From NCBI GenBank assembly GCA_963755915.1, contig CAVWLP010000002.1:2304001-2368000 (forward strand): DNA of 64,000 nucleotides, written 5' to 3'. The DNA comes from an uncultured Phycisphaerales bacterium (GTDB taxonomy: Bacteria > Planctomycetota > Phycisphaerae > Tepidisphaerales > Tepidisphaeraceae). Positions within the stretch are counted from its first letter, which is position 1; each line of letters starts with the position of its first letter. The notes beneath the pieces were generated by a model, which did no database searches, had not been told where the DNA came from, and was given only the letters and a program-made list of their open reading frames with translations. The translations under genes and the position numbers were made by a program. Below are positions 20,459-30,181 of the stretch, piece after piece.

Positions 20459-21796
20459 ATGGCGACGTTTTCTATCCAAACCCTCGGTTGCAAGGTCAAC
20501 CAATATGAAAGCGAACAGGTGGCGGCATTGCTCCGCTCGCAGGGGTTGGTGGAAACCGAATCGGACGCGGCCGATTTGAGGATCGTCAATACCTGTAGCG
20601 TCACCATGGAGGCGGCGAGCAAGAGCCGGCAGGCGATTCGAAGAGCCGCCGGCAGGTCCGATTCCAAAGTAGTGGCCATGGGGTGTTGGACAACGAGCGA
20701 CAAAGAATCCGCCACGCGCATGAATGGGGTCAACATGGTGCTGACGCACCATGACGATCTGAATTCTCGCCTCTCGCAGTTTCTTGCCGAGGGCAGTCTT
20801 GCTCAAAAGCGCTCGCTGCCGGTCCTTGAGACGCGGCAGCGTCACCATCAACGGGCATTCCTCAAGATTCAGGACGGCTGCGACGCGCACTGTACCTACT
20901 GCATCATTCCTAAACTCCGGCCGCTTTTGTGGAGCAAGCCGATCGATGAGCTGGTTGATGAGGCCAGCCGTCTGGTTGTCGCGGGGCATGTGGAGATTGT
21001 GCTAACCGGGATTTTCCTGGGTGCTTATGGCAAGGAGACCGCTCTTCGCCGAAGACGGCCGGGCAGTTCGGCGCGGCCACTTGCGCAGGCCGTTGAAGCA
21101 TTATGCACCCACGTACCGGGATTGCGGCGGGTTCGCCTTTCCAGCCTCGAGCCGGGCGATCTGGACGACGAGTTACTCGCGGTCTTGCGATCTCATTCCC
21201 AGGTTGTGCCGCATTTTCATCTGCCGCTTCAAAGTGGATCGAGTGCAATACTGCGGAAGATGAATCGCCAGTACTCCCGCGACGATTTTTTGAGGCTCAT
21301 CGATCGCCTTTATAACGCCTTTGACCGGCCCGCGCTGACGACCGACATCATCGTTGGATTTCCGGGCGAAACAGACGATGCGTTTGCAGAGACTCTTGAA
21401 ATCGTGGAGCGGGCGAGATTCATTCACATCCACGCGTTTCCGTTTTCGCCCAGGCCGGGCACGGCAGCGGCGCGATGGAAGCGGGATTTTGTTCGTGGCC
21501 CCATCGTCGGCGAGCGGATTGACCTGCTTCGAACCCGCGCGGGCGAATTCAGCCTGGCGATGCGATCGACTTTCGTAAATCAAAATGTTCAGTTGCTCGT
21601 CGAAGAGCAGAGCCTTCACACGACGTGTGCGACCCGCCACGGACGATGCGAGCGCTACTTTGACGTGCATTTCGAGGGGGAAAACGTCTCGACGGGGGAT
21701 CTGGTAAACGTGCGGATCGATCGCGTTACCCCGACGCGCACGTTTGGGACGCTTGAGTCAATTGAGCTGAAACGGCCGGAGTTGGTTTCGCGATGA
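20459..21796 (+). CDS. mtaB: tRNA t6A37 methylthiotransferase (radical SAM, MiaB-like)
   Basis: TLGCKVNQYES, NTCSVT, KIQDGCDAHCTYC, DIIVGFPGET, HAFPFSPRPGT, C-terminal TRAM domain. Confidence 0.9.
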   Translation: MATFSIQTLGCKVNQYESEQVAALLRSQGLVETESDAADLRIVNTCSVTMEAASKSRQAIRRAAGRSDSKVVAMGCWTTSDKESATRMNGVNMVLTHHDDLNSRLSQFLAEGSLAQKRSLPVLETRQRHHQRAFLKIQDGCDAHCTYCIIPKLRPLLWSKPIDELVDEASRLVVAGHVEIVLTGIFLGAYGKETALRRRRPGSSARPLAQAVEALCTHVPGLRRVRLSSLEPGDLDDELLAVLRSHSQVVPHFHLPLQSGSSAILRKMNRQYSRDDFLRLIDRLYNAFDRPALTTDIIVGFPGETDDAFAETLEIVERARFIHIHAFPFSPRPGTAAARWKRDFVRGPIVGERIDLLRTRAGEFSLAMRSTFVNQNVQLLVEEQSLHTTCATRHGRCERYFDVHFEGENVSTGDLVNVRIDRVTPTRTFGTLESIELKRPELVSR

Positions 21797-22239
21797 TCAG
21801 CGTTGTTCAACGCGTCAAAAGCGCCGACGTCGCCGTTGGCGGGGAAACGGTCGCCCGGATCGGCGACGGAATGCTGGTTCTGGTGGCGATCCATGCAACC
21901 GATCAGGATTCAGACGTGACTTGGATGGCCAGAAAGCTCGCCGGCCTGCGGATTTTTGCGGCGGGGGAGCGGAATTTCGATCGAGACGTGACCGAGATCG
22001 ACGGCAGCATTCTGCTGGTAAGCAACTTCACGGTGGCCGCGGAAACGGCCAAGGGCCGCCGGCCTTCTCTCAGCGCCGCGGCAAGCCCGGAAGCGGGCCG
22101 GCAGAAATTCGACGCGCTTGTGGCGGCTTTAAAAACCCTAAGCGTCAAGACCGAAACCGGCCAGTTCGGGGCTCACATGCAGGTGAGTCTTGTCAACGAT
22201 GGGCCCGTGACCTTCCTGCTTGATTCGCGCCAGCAGTAG
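21793..22239 (+). CDS. dtd: D-aminoacyl-tRNA deacylase
   Basis: VVQRV, LLVSNFT, KGRRPS, GQFGAHMQVSLVNDGPVT. Confidence 0.97.
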   Translation: MISVVQRVKSADVAVGGETVARIGDGMLVLVAIHATDQDSDVTWMARKLAGLRIFAAGERNFDRDVTEIDGSILLVSNFTVAAETAKGRRPSLSAAASPEAGRQKFDALVAALKTLSVKTETGQFGAHMQVSLVNDGPVTFLLDSRQQ

Positions 22240-22247
22240 CCGGCGAT

Positions 22248-23398
22248 ATGCGCGGTCTTCTCATTGCACGTCCGCCCATTTCCGTTACCGTAGCGCCGCA
22301 AATGCCCGGCATTTTGCACATTCATCCGGCTCGCTGCGATTTTCAAACCCAGCGCTGCCTGGAGACAATCACCAACAACCTCGGGCCCGAATGGCCCATG
22401 AACTTCACCAGCATTGGCCGCGGTGGGGATTTGGGCAATCTCGCCTATGCGGTGTACCGACTTCGCCGCGACGGATTGGCGGAGAATCATATTGCCCACA
22501 CCTGGTGTCCAGGAGGCTTGGTCGCGGCGGCAGCCGCAGGATTTTCGCGGATCATTTTTCTCCTCAGGGGCCGATCGCGCCGGTTTGGACGCCCTGGATG
22601 CGAGCGATCATCGCTCGCGCGAATCCTCACATCGTTTGCCCCACTTCTCACGCAAGAGATTTTTTCGTCGCCATAGGTGCGATGCCTGGGCGATGCCAGG
22701 TGATTCCTCCGCCGGTCGATTTAGATCGATTGAGCGGACGCGACAGCCGGTTGCGCCAGCGGCTTGGACTTTCCGACTCGGATTGGGTGGTCCTTGCCCC
22801 CGGCGAATCGACGCGCGAAGCGTCGCACAAGCTCTCGCTCTGGGCGATTGCCATCTTGAATGTTTTAGAGACAAGATGGCGCCTGCTGATCTGGGGACGC
22901 GGGGCGATGGTCGATCCGCTTCGGAGGTTTGTGGATTCGACGATGCTGGACAACTTGTTCGTAAACGCAGAGCAACGGCTTGGCGAGCCCATTGCGTTCG
23001 AATCGCTCACCTCGGCCGCGGACGCCGCGCTTGAATTTGGGCAAGGGATGTCGCCGGTGCTACCTGTTGAAATCTGCATGGCGGCGGGGGTTCCGGTTGT
23101 GGCGGCAGCGGCACCCGGTTTGCGGGGCCTTTTTCGCAACGGGGTAAATGCGGTTCTCGAGGAAGGAGCGACTCCCCGAAGGCTTGCCCAACGGTTGCTT
23201 GCGCTTCGAAAGGACCGGGACTTACAGCAAATGATCGCGACGGCAGCGGCCGCCCAGGCGAGGGACCTGTTTTCACCCGCCCGCAACCTGGAGCAATGGC
23301 GAACCGCCTACGCCAAGGCAGGCGAATCCCGATCGCAGACGGTAGGATTTTTTCGCAAACATCCGCTTGTCGAAACTGGGGCGATGCATTATATATGA
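22248..23398 (+). CDS. GT4-family glycosyltransferase (frameshift near 22560)
   Basis: GT-B features 'VIPPPVD', 'EICMAAGVPVVA'. Confidence 0.65.
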
Positions 23399-23402
23399 TA
23401 CT

Positions 23403-23463
23403 CGTCCGCGGGATTCCCCGGCAGAGTTCCCCCCCTCTCTGCCACCCCGCGGACGTTTTTTTT
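23403..23463 (+). terminator. Terminator-like hairpin
   Basis: cgtccgcggg...ggcagag..ctctgcc...cccgcggacg followed by 8 T. Confidence 0.7.
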
Positions 23464-23596
23464 GCGCTGTGCCTCTCTGGTTTGCGTCGAGAGGTCGGCT
23501 CGGCAATGTCCAATTCTTCTCTCGACGAATCCTTCTTAACCGCGATGGGCTGCCTAAAGTATCCACAAATAGCGGTGCAATTGAAGGAGAGCAAAA

Positions 23597-24004
23597 ATGG
23601 AAATCAAACGAGTCGGCACGCAGCCCTCGGGCAAAGGACCGGCGGATTGGTTCACGGGAACCGTCAGGATCGATCCGCTGTTTGACAGGCCTGAGCCCGC
23701 GCGGGTGACGGGCGCGAGTGTCACCTTCGAGCCGGGCGCACGCACGGCGTGGCACACGCATCCGCTCGGCCAGACGCTGATTGTGACGGCCGGGTATGGC
23801 TGGGCGCAGCGGTGGGGCGGCAGCGTCGAGGAAATCCGCCCCGGTGATATCGTCTGGTTTCCCCCCGGCGAGAAACATTGGCATGGCGCCGCTGCCACGA
23901 CCGCGATGACGCATATCGCGATTGCGGAAAAGCTCGACGGCAAAGTGGTGGAATGGATGGAAAAGGTCAGTGATGCTCAGTATCAGGCCTCGAAGGCCGT
24001 TTAA
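23597..24004 (+). CDS. Cupin domain protein
   Basis: [18 protein letters not shown] and PGEKHWHGA cupin motifs. Confidence 0.92.
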   Translation: MEIKRVGTQPSGKGPADWFTGTVRIDPLFDRPEPARVTGASVTFEPGARTAWHTHPLGQTLIVTAGYGWAQRWGGSVEEIRPGDIVWFPPGEKHWHGAAATTAMTHIAIAEKLDGKVVEWMEKVSDAQYQASKAV

Positions 24005-24018
24005 CAGGAGATAAGATT

Positions 24019-25077
24019 ATGTTGTCAACGAAAGCTTATTCCGCCGCGAGTGCGACGTCGCGACTGGCATCGACCAAGATCAAGCGCCGCGAACCAACCG
24101 AACACGACGTGCAGATCGAGATCCTGTTCTGCGGCATCTGTCACTCCGATCTTCACCAGGTGCGCAACGAATGGAGCGGGGTCATGCCGACGGTTTATCC
24201 CTGCGTTCCCGGCCACGAAATCGTCGGGCGGGTGACGAAAGTTGGATCGGCGGTGAAAAAATTCAAGGCGGGGGATCTCGCCGCCGTCGGGTGCATGGTG
24301 GACTCGGACGGAACCTGCCCGGCGTGCCGGGAGGGGGAGGAGCAGTTTTGCCCGAACCTGACGCTTACCTACAACTTCCCGGACAAGCAAATGGGAGGCG
24401 TGACCTACGGAGGCTATTCGGAAAATATCGTCGTCAGCGAGCGATTTGTGCTTCGCGTGCCGTCGAATCTCAATCTTGCAGGGGCAGCGCCGCTTCTGTG
24501 CGCGGGGATTACGACCTATTCGCCGATGCGGCGGTGGGGCGTTGCCAAGGGTCATAAGGTCGGCGTCGTTGGGCTCGGCGGGCTGGGACATATGGGGGTG
24601 AAATTCGCCCATGCCTTCGGTGCGCACGTCGTGGTCTTCACGACGTCGCCCGGCAAGAAAGAGGACGCACTGCGCCTCGGCGCCGATGAAGTCGTTATCT
24701 CCCGTGATGCCAACGAGATGAAGCGGCACGCTGGAAGTTTCGACTTTATTCTCGACGCGGTTTCGGCCGAGCATGACATCAACGCCTATATCTTGATGCT
24801 TCGCCGCGACGGCAACCTGACGCTGGTCGGCGCGCCGGAGAAGCCGCTGTCCGTTTCCGCCTTCGGTCTCCTGATGGGCCGGCGATCTCTGTCCGGCTCA
24901 CCGATCGGCGGAATTTCCCAGACGCAGGAGATGCTCGACTTCTGCGGGAAACACAACATCACCTCCGATGTCGAGGTGATTCCGATTCAGAAAGTCAACG
25001 AGGCCTATGAACGGCTTCTGAAATCGGATGTGAAGTATCGATTCTCGATCGATATGGCATCGCTCAAATCGGAATGA
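24019..25077 (+). CDS. NAD(P)-dependent Zn alcohol dehydrogenase (AdhC/YahK-like)
   Basis: CGICHSD, GHEIVG, GLGGLGH, SDVKYRF. Confidence 0.95.
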   Translation: MLSTKAYSAASATSRLASTKIKRREPTEHDVQIEILFCGICHSDLHQVRNEWSGVMPTVYPCVPGHEIVGRVTKVGSAVKKFKAGDLAAVGCMVDSDGTCPACREGEEQFCPNLTLTYNFPDKQMGGVTYGGYSENIVVSERFVLRVPSNLNLAGAAPLLCAGITTYSPMRRWGVAKGHKVGVVGLGGLGHMGVKFAHAFGAHVVVFTTSPGKKEDALRLGADEVVISRDANEMKRHAGSFDFILDAVSAEHDINAYILMLRRDGNLTLVGAPEKPLSVSAFGLLMGRRSLSGSPIGGISQTQEMLDFCGKHNITSDVEVIPIQKVNEAYERLLKSDVKYRFSIDMASLKSE

Positions 25078-25122
25078 GCGGCCAATCGCCAAATTATTGT
25101 TGGTAGCGTATCATTCGCGCCC

Positions 25123-25803
25123 ATGGTCGCGCTCGCCGATTCGGCAAGTTTGCTGCTGCTTTCGTGGCAGAATTTCTACGTGATGATCGGATCGTCGGCG
25201 GGAGCATTGATCGGGCTGCAATTTGTCGTGATTACGCTTGTCGCCGGCACTCGCCAGCGTGCGAGCATGGAAACGGTCAACGCCTTCGGCTCGCCGATCG
25301 TCGTGCAATTTGGCGCGGCATTGGCCATTTCAGGGATGATGGTTGCACCCTGGGGTTCAGTGCATTCGATCTCAATTGCGCTGGCGCTCTGCGGCGTTGC
25401 GGGCCTTATGTATTCCATCATCGTAGTTCGCCGGGCCCGCCATCAAGCGGGATACAAACCGGTCCTGGAAGATTGGGTTTGGTACGTGACAGCGCCATTG
25501 GTTACCTATGCGACCCTTGCGATCGCTGCTGCCCTCGTTTGGGTGGATACAGGAATCGGACTGTTTATTGCCGCGGGAGCAATCTTATCTTTGTTGCTTA
25601 TCGGAAGCCGCAATGCCTGGGATACGGTAACGCACCTCGCCTCGATTGGGTCGGCGCGCCGGAAGAAACCAGGGAATCGGCATCCGGCGAAACAAAGCGC
25701 GAAGTTCATTAATTCGGCGCGGCTCTGCGCCGCCGGCCGCTCATCAGGTAGACGGACGCCCGCAATTCGAGCAACGGATCGGCCGATGATTCGATTCCCG
25801 TGA
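25123..25803 (+). CDS. Integral membrane protein
   Basis: About 5 hydrophobic helices; 'WQNFYVMIGSSAGALIGLQFV', 'NAWDTV'. Confidence 0.75.
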   Translation: MVALADSASLLLLSWQNFYVMIGSSAGALIGLQFVVITLVAGTRQRASMETVNAFGSPIVVQFGAALAISGMMVAPWGSVHSISIALALCGVAGLMYSIIVVRRARHQAGYKPVLEDWVWYVTAPLVTYATLAIAAALVWVDTGIGLFIAAGAILSLLLIGSRNAWDTVTHLASIGSARRKKPGNRHPAKQSAKFINSARLCAAGRSSGRRTPAIRATDRPMIRFP

Positions 25804-26668
25804 CCCGGGGAATTGGATCGAAGATGATCTGCTTCTGCTCGGCGGCATCGTTGGTTACCAGTTTGTCCAGCACGATTTTTCCGAGCTCCATCACCTTGCG
25901 GTCCTGCGGCCAATGCACGGTCGCATCGTTGGTGATGTCGCCGTCGTTGGCCAGTTGGACCATGACGCGAAATTCGATTGGTCCGCGTGCGATGCGCTGC
26001 TTCAGTTCGTCGAAAAGATAATTCGCGCCCTTGGTTTGCGCGGTTGCTTCGTCGAGGGTTTCGTTGCCCTCGGCGGGGACGATTCGATACTTTCCAAACC
26101 GGCTTATTCCTTTGCTGTTAATAAACTTATAAGCAATGATGGCGAAAAATGTTGTGCGGGCGAAACTTGAAGGGGCGGCCTTGGGCGCCTGAATAAAGGC
26201 CAGGGCCGCCGGGTGGGTTCCCAGGAATTTCTCGATCGGCTTGGGGTTCTTCGGGTCGGAGGGGGTGGACATATCGCTGGTGGCGAGGGCCTTGAGCAAT
26301 TCCAGGAATTCCTCGCCGGTGCGGGCTGGGAATGCATCGACGGAATGGCTGACGATATCCGTATGACTGTGCTCCGCGAGCTGAAAACGGATCGCCATCC
26401 CGCGCGGAGCGGCATGCGGATCGTTGTCGGGAATGTCCGGCACTCCAGGCGAATCGGAAAACCGGACTATCACCGGCGTCGACGGCCGTTGAATGTGCGG
26501 CGCCATCGTCAACGAAACGGCCTCGCTCGAAGGCGTGAATGTTCCGCTGAGCAGCGTCCCCTTGGCGTGGGCCGGACGAAATCCGGGATGGTATCCAAAG
26601 ATCGCGTCAAATTGTTCGAGGATTTTTTGACTTAATGCGAGAAGCTTTTCGTCGGTGGGCAGGGGCAT
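25709..26668 (-). CDS. Catalase-related peroxidase (SrpA-like)
   Basis: GFRPAHAKG, VRFS, RGMAIRF, SADPLLELRASVYLMS; GGGAGA RBS before ATG 26668. Confidence 0.92.
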   Translation of the reverse strand: MPLPTDEKLLALSQKILEQFDAIFGYHPGFRPAHAKGTLLSGTFTPSSEAVSLTMAPHIQRPSTPVIVRFSDSPGVPDIPDNDPHAAPRGMAIRFQLAEHSHTDIVSHSVDAFPARTGEEFLELLKALATSDMSTPSDPKNPKPIEKFLGTHPAALAFIQAPKAAPSSFARTTFFAIIAYKFINSKGISRFGKYRIVPAEGNETLDEATAQTKGANYLFDELKQRIARGPIEFRVMVQLANDGDITNDATVHWPQDRKVMELGKIVLDKLVTNDAAEQKQIIFDPIPRVTGIESSADPLLELRASVYLMSGRRRRAAPN

Positions 26669-26824
26669 GATGCATCTCCCGTTCAAGAGCGGCAGAATCG
26701 GTCGTAAGCCAAGACCATAACGATCGCTACGGTAGGCACAACCTTGGCGAGTTTCCACATCAATCTGTTAGAATTCTGAGCTGGCCCAGCGCGACGATTC
26801 GTTTTACCGAGTCGGGATTCGATC

Positions 26825-28330
26825 ATGATTAAAAATGTCATCGTACTTGGCGCAGGCACCGCCGGTCTGATGGCCGCCCTGGCGCTTAGACGCAAAATTC
26901 CGCAGCTTCAGGTGCAGGTTATTCGAAGCCCCGATATTGGGGTCATCGGCGTCGGCGAGAGCACGACGCCGCAGTTCGTTCAATTCCTCTTCGAATATCT
27001 TGGGATCAAACGCAAACCGTTCTATGAATCGGCCAGGCCAACCTGGAAGACCGGCATTCATTTTCTCTGGGGCCCGCGGGAGTCTTTCAACTTCGCATTC
27101 GATTTGCAGCTTGATGGGCAGTACAAGGGTCTTTCACGGCCCAACGGATTCTACTGCGGCGAAGAATTCGACAGCGTCAACCTCAACGCCGCGCTGATGT
27201 CCCAGGCTAAGGCATTTGCCGCCCAGCCCAACGGCGGTGGGCCTGAGATCGGGTCTTGCGCCGCATTTCATCTCTTCAACCCTCTGTTGGTCAAAACTCT
27301 TGAACGCATTGCCGTTGATCGCGGCATTACGTTCATCGACGTGCGTGTCTCTGGGGCGACCCTGGATGAGCAAGGTGTCCGATCCATCGTGCTCGAAGAC
27401 GGGCGTCACATTGAGGCAGACTTTTTCATAGACGCGAGCGGTTTTCGCTCCGAACTTCTCAAAGGGGCACTCAAGACGCCATTTGTATCTTACGACAATT
27501 CGCTTTTTACGGATCGCGCGATTGTGGGCAGTTGGGACCGGACTGATGACTTCATCTATCCCTACACCATCGCGGAAACGATGGATGCAGGCTGGTGCTG
27601 GCGAATCGACCATGAGTGGACCGTCAATCGCGGCTACGTCTATTCGTCCCGCTTCCTAACGGACGACGTCGCCAGGGACGAATTTCTCAAGAAAAACCCC
27701 AAGGCCAACACGTGGGATCACGTCGTGAAGTTCCGGTCCGGGCGTTATCGCGAAGGATGGGTGGGCAATGTTTTTGCGATCGGAAACTCCTGCGGGTTCG
27801 TGGAGCCTTTGGAAGCCACGGCACTGATGGTCGCTTCATCGCAAATACAGACGATGGTTACCCTCCTAATCGATTCCCAGCTCGATCCCGGGCCGCGGAT
27901 GAAATCGCTCTACAACACGACTTTTGCGGAACTGTGGGACAATATCCGCGATTTTCTGGCAATCCATTACCGCTTCAACAATCGGTTGAAAACGGATTTC
28001 TGGACGACCTGCTGCAATGAGGTTGATGTTTCAGCCATCCAACCGCTGCTCGAGTTTTACGAAGAAAATGGTCCAACTACGCTGGCGAGGCACTTGCTGA
28101 ACACCACCATTGGCGGAAAGACGCAGTTTGGGATTGAAGGGTTTCTCGTGCTTCTCGTGGGGCAGAAGGTTCCTTATCGGGCAGGCCAGCCTCTCAGCGA
28201 AAGTGAGCGAGGCATATTCCGGCGGTATTGCGAGGAGAATCGCGCGCGGGCGAAGTCGGGGCTTAGCGTCGCCGAGGCGCTGAAATATGTTAAGCATCCG
28301 CAGTGGACTTGGTTTGGTGACAATGGTTGA
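26825..28330 (+). CDS. Flavin-dependent (tryptophan) halogenase family protein
   Basis: GAGTAG, IGVGEST, TWKTGI (catalytic Lys), WCWRI, FVEPLEAT. Confidence 0.92.
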   Translation: MIKNVIVLGAGTAGLMAALALRRKIPQLQVQVIRSPDIGVIGVGESTTPQFVQFLFEYLGIKRKPFYESARPTWKTGIHFLWGPRESFNFAFDLQLDGQYKGLSRPNGFYCGEEFDSVNLNAALMSQAKAFAAQPNGGGPEIGSCAAFHLFNPLLVKTLERIAVDRGITFIDVRVSGATLDEQGVRSIVLEDGRHIEADFFIDASGFRSELLKGALKTPFVSYDNSLFTDRAIVGSWDRTDDFIYPYTIAETMDAGWCWRIDHEWTVNRGYVYSSRFLTDDVARDEFLKKNPKANTWDHVVKFRSGRYREGWVGNVFAIGNSCGFVEPLEATALMVASSQIQTMVTLLIDSQLDPGPRMKSLYNTTFAELWDNIRDFLAIHYRFNNRLKTDFWTTCCNEVDVSAIQPLLEFYEENGPTTLARHLLNTTIGGKTQFGIEGFLVLLVGQKVPYRAGQPLSESERGIFRRYCEENRARAKSGLSVAEALKYVKHPQWTWFGDNG

Positions 28331-28370
28331 AGGGGTTCCAGGCAGGGGCGGTCACCGGGTTTCGTTCTTA

Positions 28371-28733
28371 TCACACTTTGCGATTATCCAGGCTGTTGAT
28401 GAGGCCGGAAAGCATTTTGGAGATTTCCTCAAGATCGTTCTTCAATGCATCGTGCTGAGCTGGCTGAATGAACCCGCGCCGCCGGGCCAATTCCAATAGC
28501 GGCACACATTCCTGGACCGATCCGCGCGCGATGCCAAAGAAATTCGTCTTGTCAGGCGTGGTGAAGCGGCCATTGCCTTCGGCAATATTGGTCGATATGG
28601 ACAACGCCGCGCGATTGATCTGATCTGCCAGGAAGTAAAATCCGCGAGGGAATTTGCTTCCTAACTCGCAGATGCGATCTGAAAAATCAACGGTTTTTTG
28701 GTAGACGAGAAGTTTCTCGAATGCGAAGGCCAT
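28371..28733 (-). CDS. Four helix bundle protein (23S rRNA IVS protein/TIGR02436-like)
   Basis: FEKLLVYQK...LADQINRAALSISTNIAEG...FFGIARGSVQEC. Confidence 0.93.
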   Translation of the reverse strand: MAFAFEKLLVYQKTVDFSDRICELGSKFPRGFYFLADQINRAALSISTNIAEGNGRFTTPDKTNFFGIARGSVQECVPLLELARRRGFIQPAQHDALKNDLEEISKMLSGLINSLDNRKV

Positions 28734-28747
28734 TTGCGCAAACCAAA

Positions 28748-28857
28748 AGAAAGTAGAGAGTAGAAAGTAGACCGGGGAGAGAGCCCAAATCGGCTGGGCG
28801 GCGTTATTCCACGCCGTCCGCTTTCTTGCCTTCTCTACTTTCCACTCTCTCCCCTCT
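28748..28857. repeat. 7-bp-periodic inverted repeat upstream of the four-helix-bundle gene
   Basis: agaaagt agagagt agaaagt ag (28748-70) pairs with ctctactttccactctct (about 28833-50). Confidence 0.75.
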
Positions 28858-28879
28858 AATTTTCGCCTGCGGCGAGAAT

Positions 28880-29262
28880 TGGAGGCGTGGGGATTTGAAC
28901 CCCAGTCCCGTGACAACATCAGAGGCGGCCACTACATGCTTATTCGGTGTTTTGATCTCGATCCCGGCAACGAACATCGACATCCTTCGCCGGGGTCCAG
29001 CCGTCTAAAGTCTCGCCCTCCGACCAACGGCCGAATCGGAGAGCCAGGATCGCGTTTTTGCGGCCGATGTGATGCGATCCCTCACACCGTGCCGAGGTTG
29101 CCTTAATTAGGCAGCCATACGAACCGGGGCGGCCGTGAAGCCGACTCGGCCTGCAACATCGCTGTTGGCAGTTAAGGTTTGCTCGAATGATTATCCAGGC
29201 CAATCGAGCGTCCTGGGCATGCCACCGCCACCGCGGCTATCCGGTCGAAACCAGTCGCCCCC
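28880..29262 (-). ncRNA. ssrA: tmRNA
   Basis: 5' GGGGGCGACTGGTTTCGAC, 3' GGGGTTCAAATCCCCACGCCTCCA, 383 nt; tag ORF ANSDVAGRVGFTAAPVRMAA* at 29169-29107; TATAAT upstream at 29297-29292. Confidence 0.96.
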
Positions 29263-29535
29263 GGTGGGTCAGAATTTCAAAGAACTGGCCGATTATATGT
29301 CGGATGGATTGGTAAGGGAATTCTGGGCTAAAATCGAGTAGGGAAGGGGTCTGGGCAATGGTGGCCCGGAGTTTCCCATTTTGGACTTCCCAGATTTTCT
29401 CACTTTTTCACACTTTTTAGAGAATTGGAGACAGCGGGGACTGCGCTGTGCAAGAGAGTAGAGCAGTGGATAGTAGAGGGATCGCTCTGGTCGATTTCCC
29501 AAAATTTCCCATTTTTCAGGCAACGGGGAGATGGG

Positions 29536-29563
29536 GATTTGAGATTTGAGGTTTCAGATTTTA
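29536..29563. repeat. Heptamer tandem repeat (GATTTGA)x4, degenerate
   Basis: gatttga gatttga ggtttca gatttta. Confidence 0.8.
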
Positions 29564-29876
29564 GGTGAGTGGACATGGACACTCCGGCTCGAAAAGCATT
29601 ACGCCTCTATATACAGGTCCGGAAACGCACGTTTTGTACCTATTTTTGCAAAAATCCGGGGATTTTTTTTATTCGATTGCTCCGAATGCAAAGAATCTGA
29701 CAGGAGCAGTGGATAGCAATGTTTGGGGGATTTAACTTGACGAAGGATCGGCATTTAACTGGTGTTTCGGATTGAATGGCGGAGCATACCGACCGATGGG
29801 TCGGGAAAAAGGGTTTGGTATGTAAGCGACGTGAGTATAGGATTTAGCGCAAACCGCGTGCTCACGTATATTTAAA

Positions 29877-29904
29877 TTGACAAATCCCGTCGCAAAGTTA
29901 CGAT
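29877..29904 (+). promoter_or_regulatory. Putative sigma70 promoter of the polysaccharide locus
   Basis: TTGACA, 16 bp, TACGAT, about 280 bp upstream of the antiterminator gene. Confidence 0.6.
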
Positions 29905-30181
29905 GACCGCGGTACACTAAACTCGATTCGAATTCGAATGGCTGGGGCTGACGATTCCCGCCGAAAATTGGGCTGAATTTCAGCCGAACAATCGGTATTC
30001 AACCCACGGGTGTAGACGTCGGTAATCCGCCGAATTCAGGCAGTTTCAAGGATGAAACAAGTCCAGGGGCAAGGAAGCCGCGTGTCGTCACATATCGCGA
30101 CAGATCGACGCACGACAATTGGATTAACGGCGCGGGCTGCGCTGTTTGGGTGGAGAGAATGCTCCGGGAGCACGTGGGAAA

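Noticed and set aside
28371-28733. Diversity-generating retroelement or 23S rRNA intervening sequence
   Set aside because: No reverse transcriptase, TR/VR pair or rRNA sequence in the window.
23500-28880. Genomic island integrated at the tmRNA 3' end
   Set aside because: No integrase, and I found no duplicated ssrA 3' end (att site) in the window by eye.
28880-28910. tRNA gene
   Set aside because: The T-arm/CCA belongs to tmRNA; the matching 5' end is 383 nt away with a tag ORF between.
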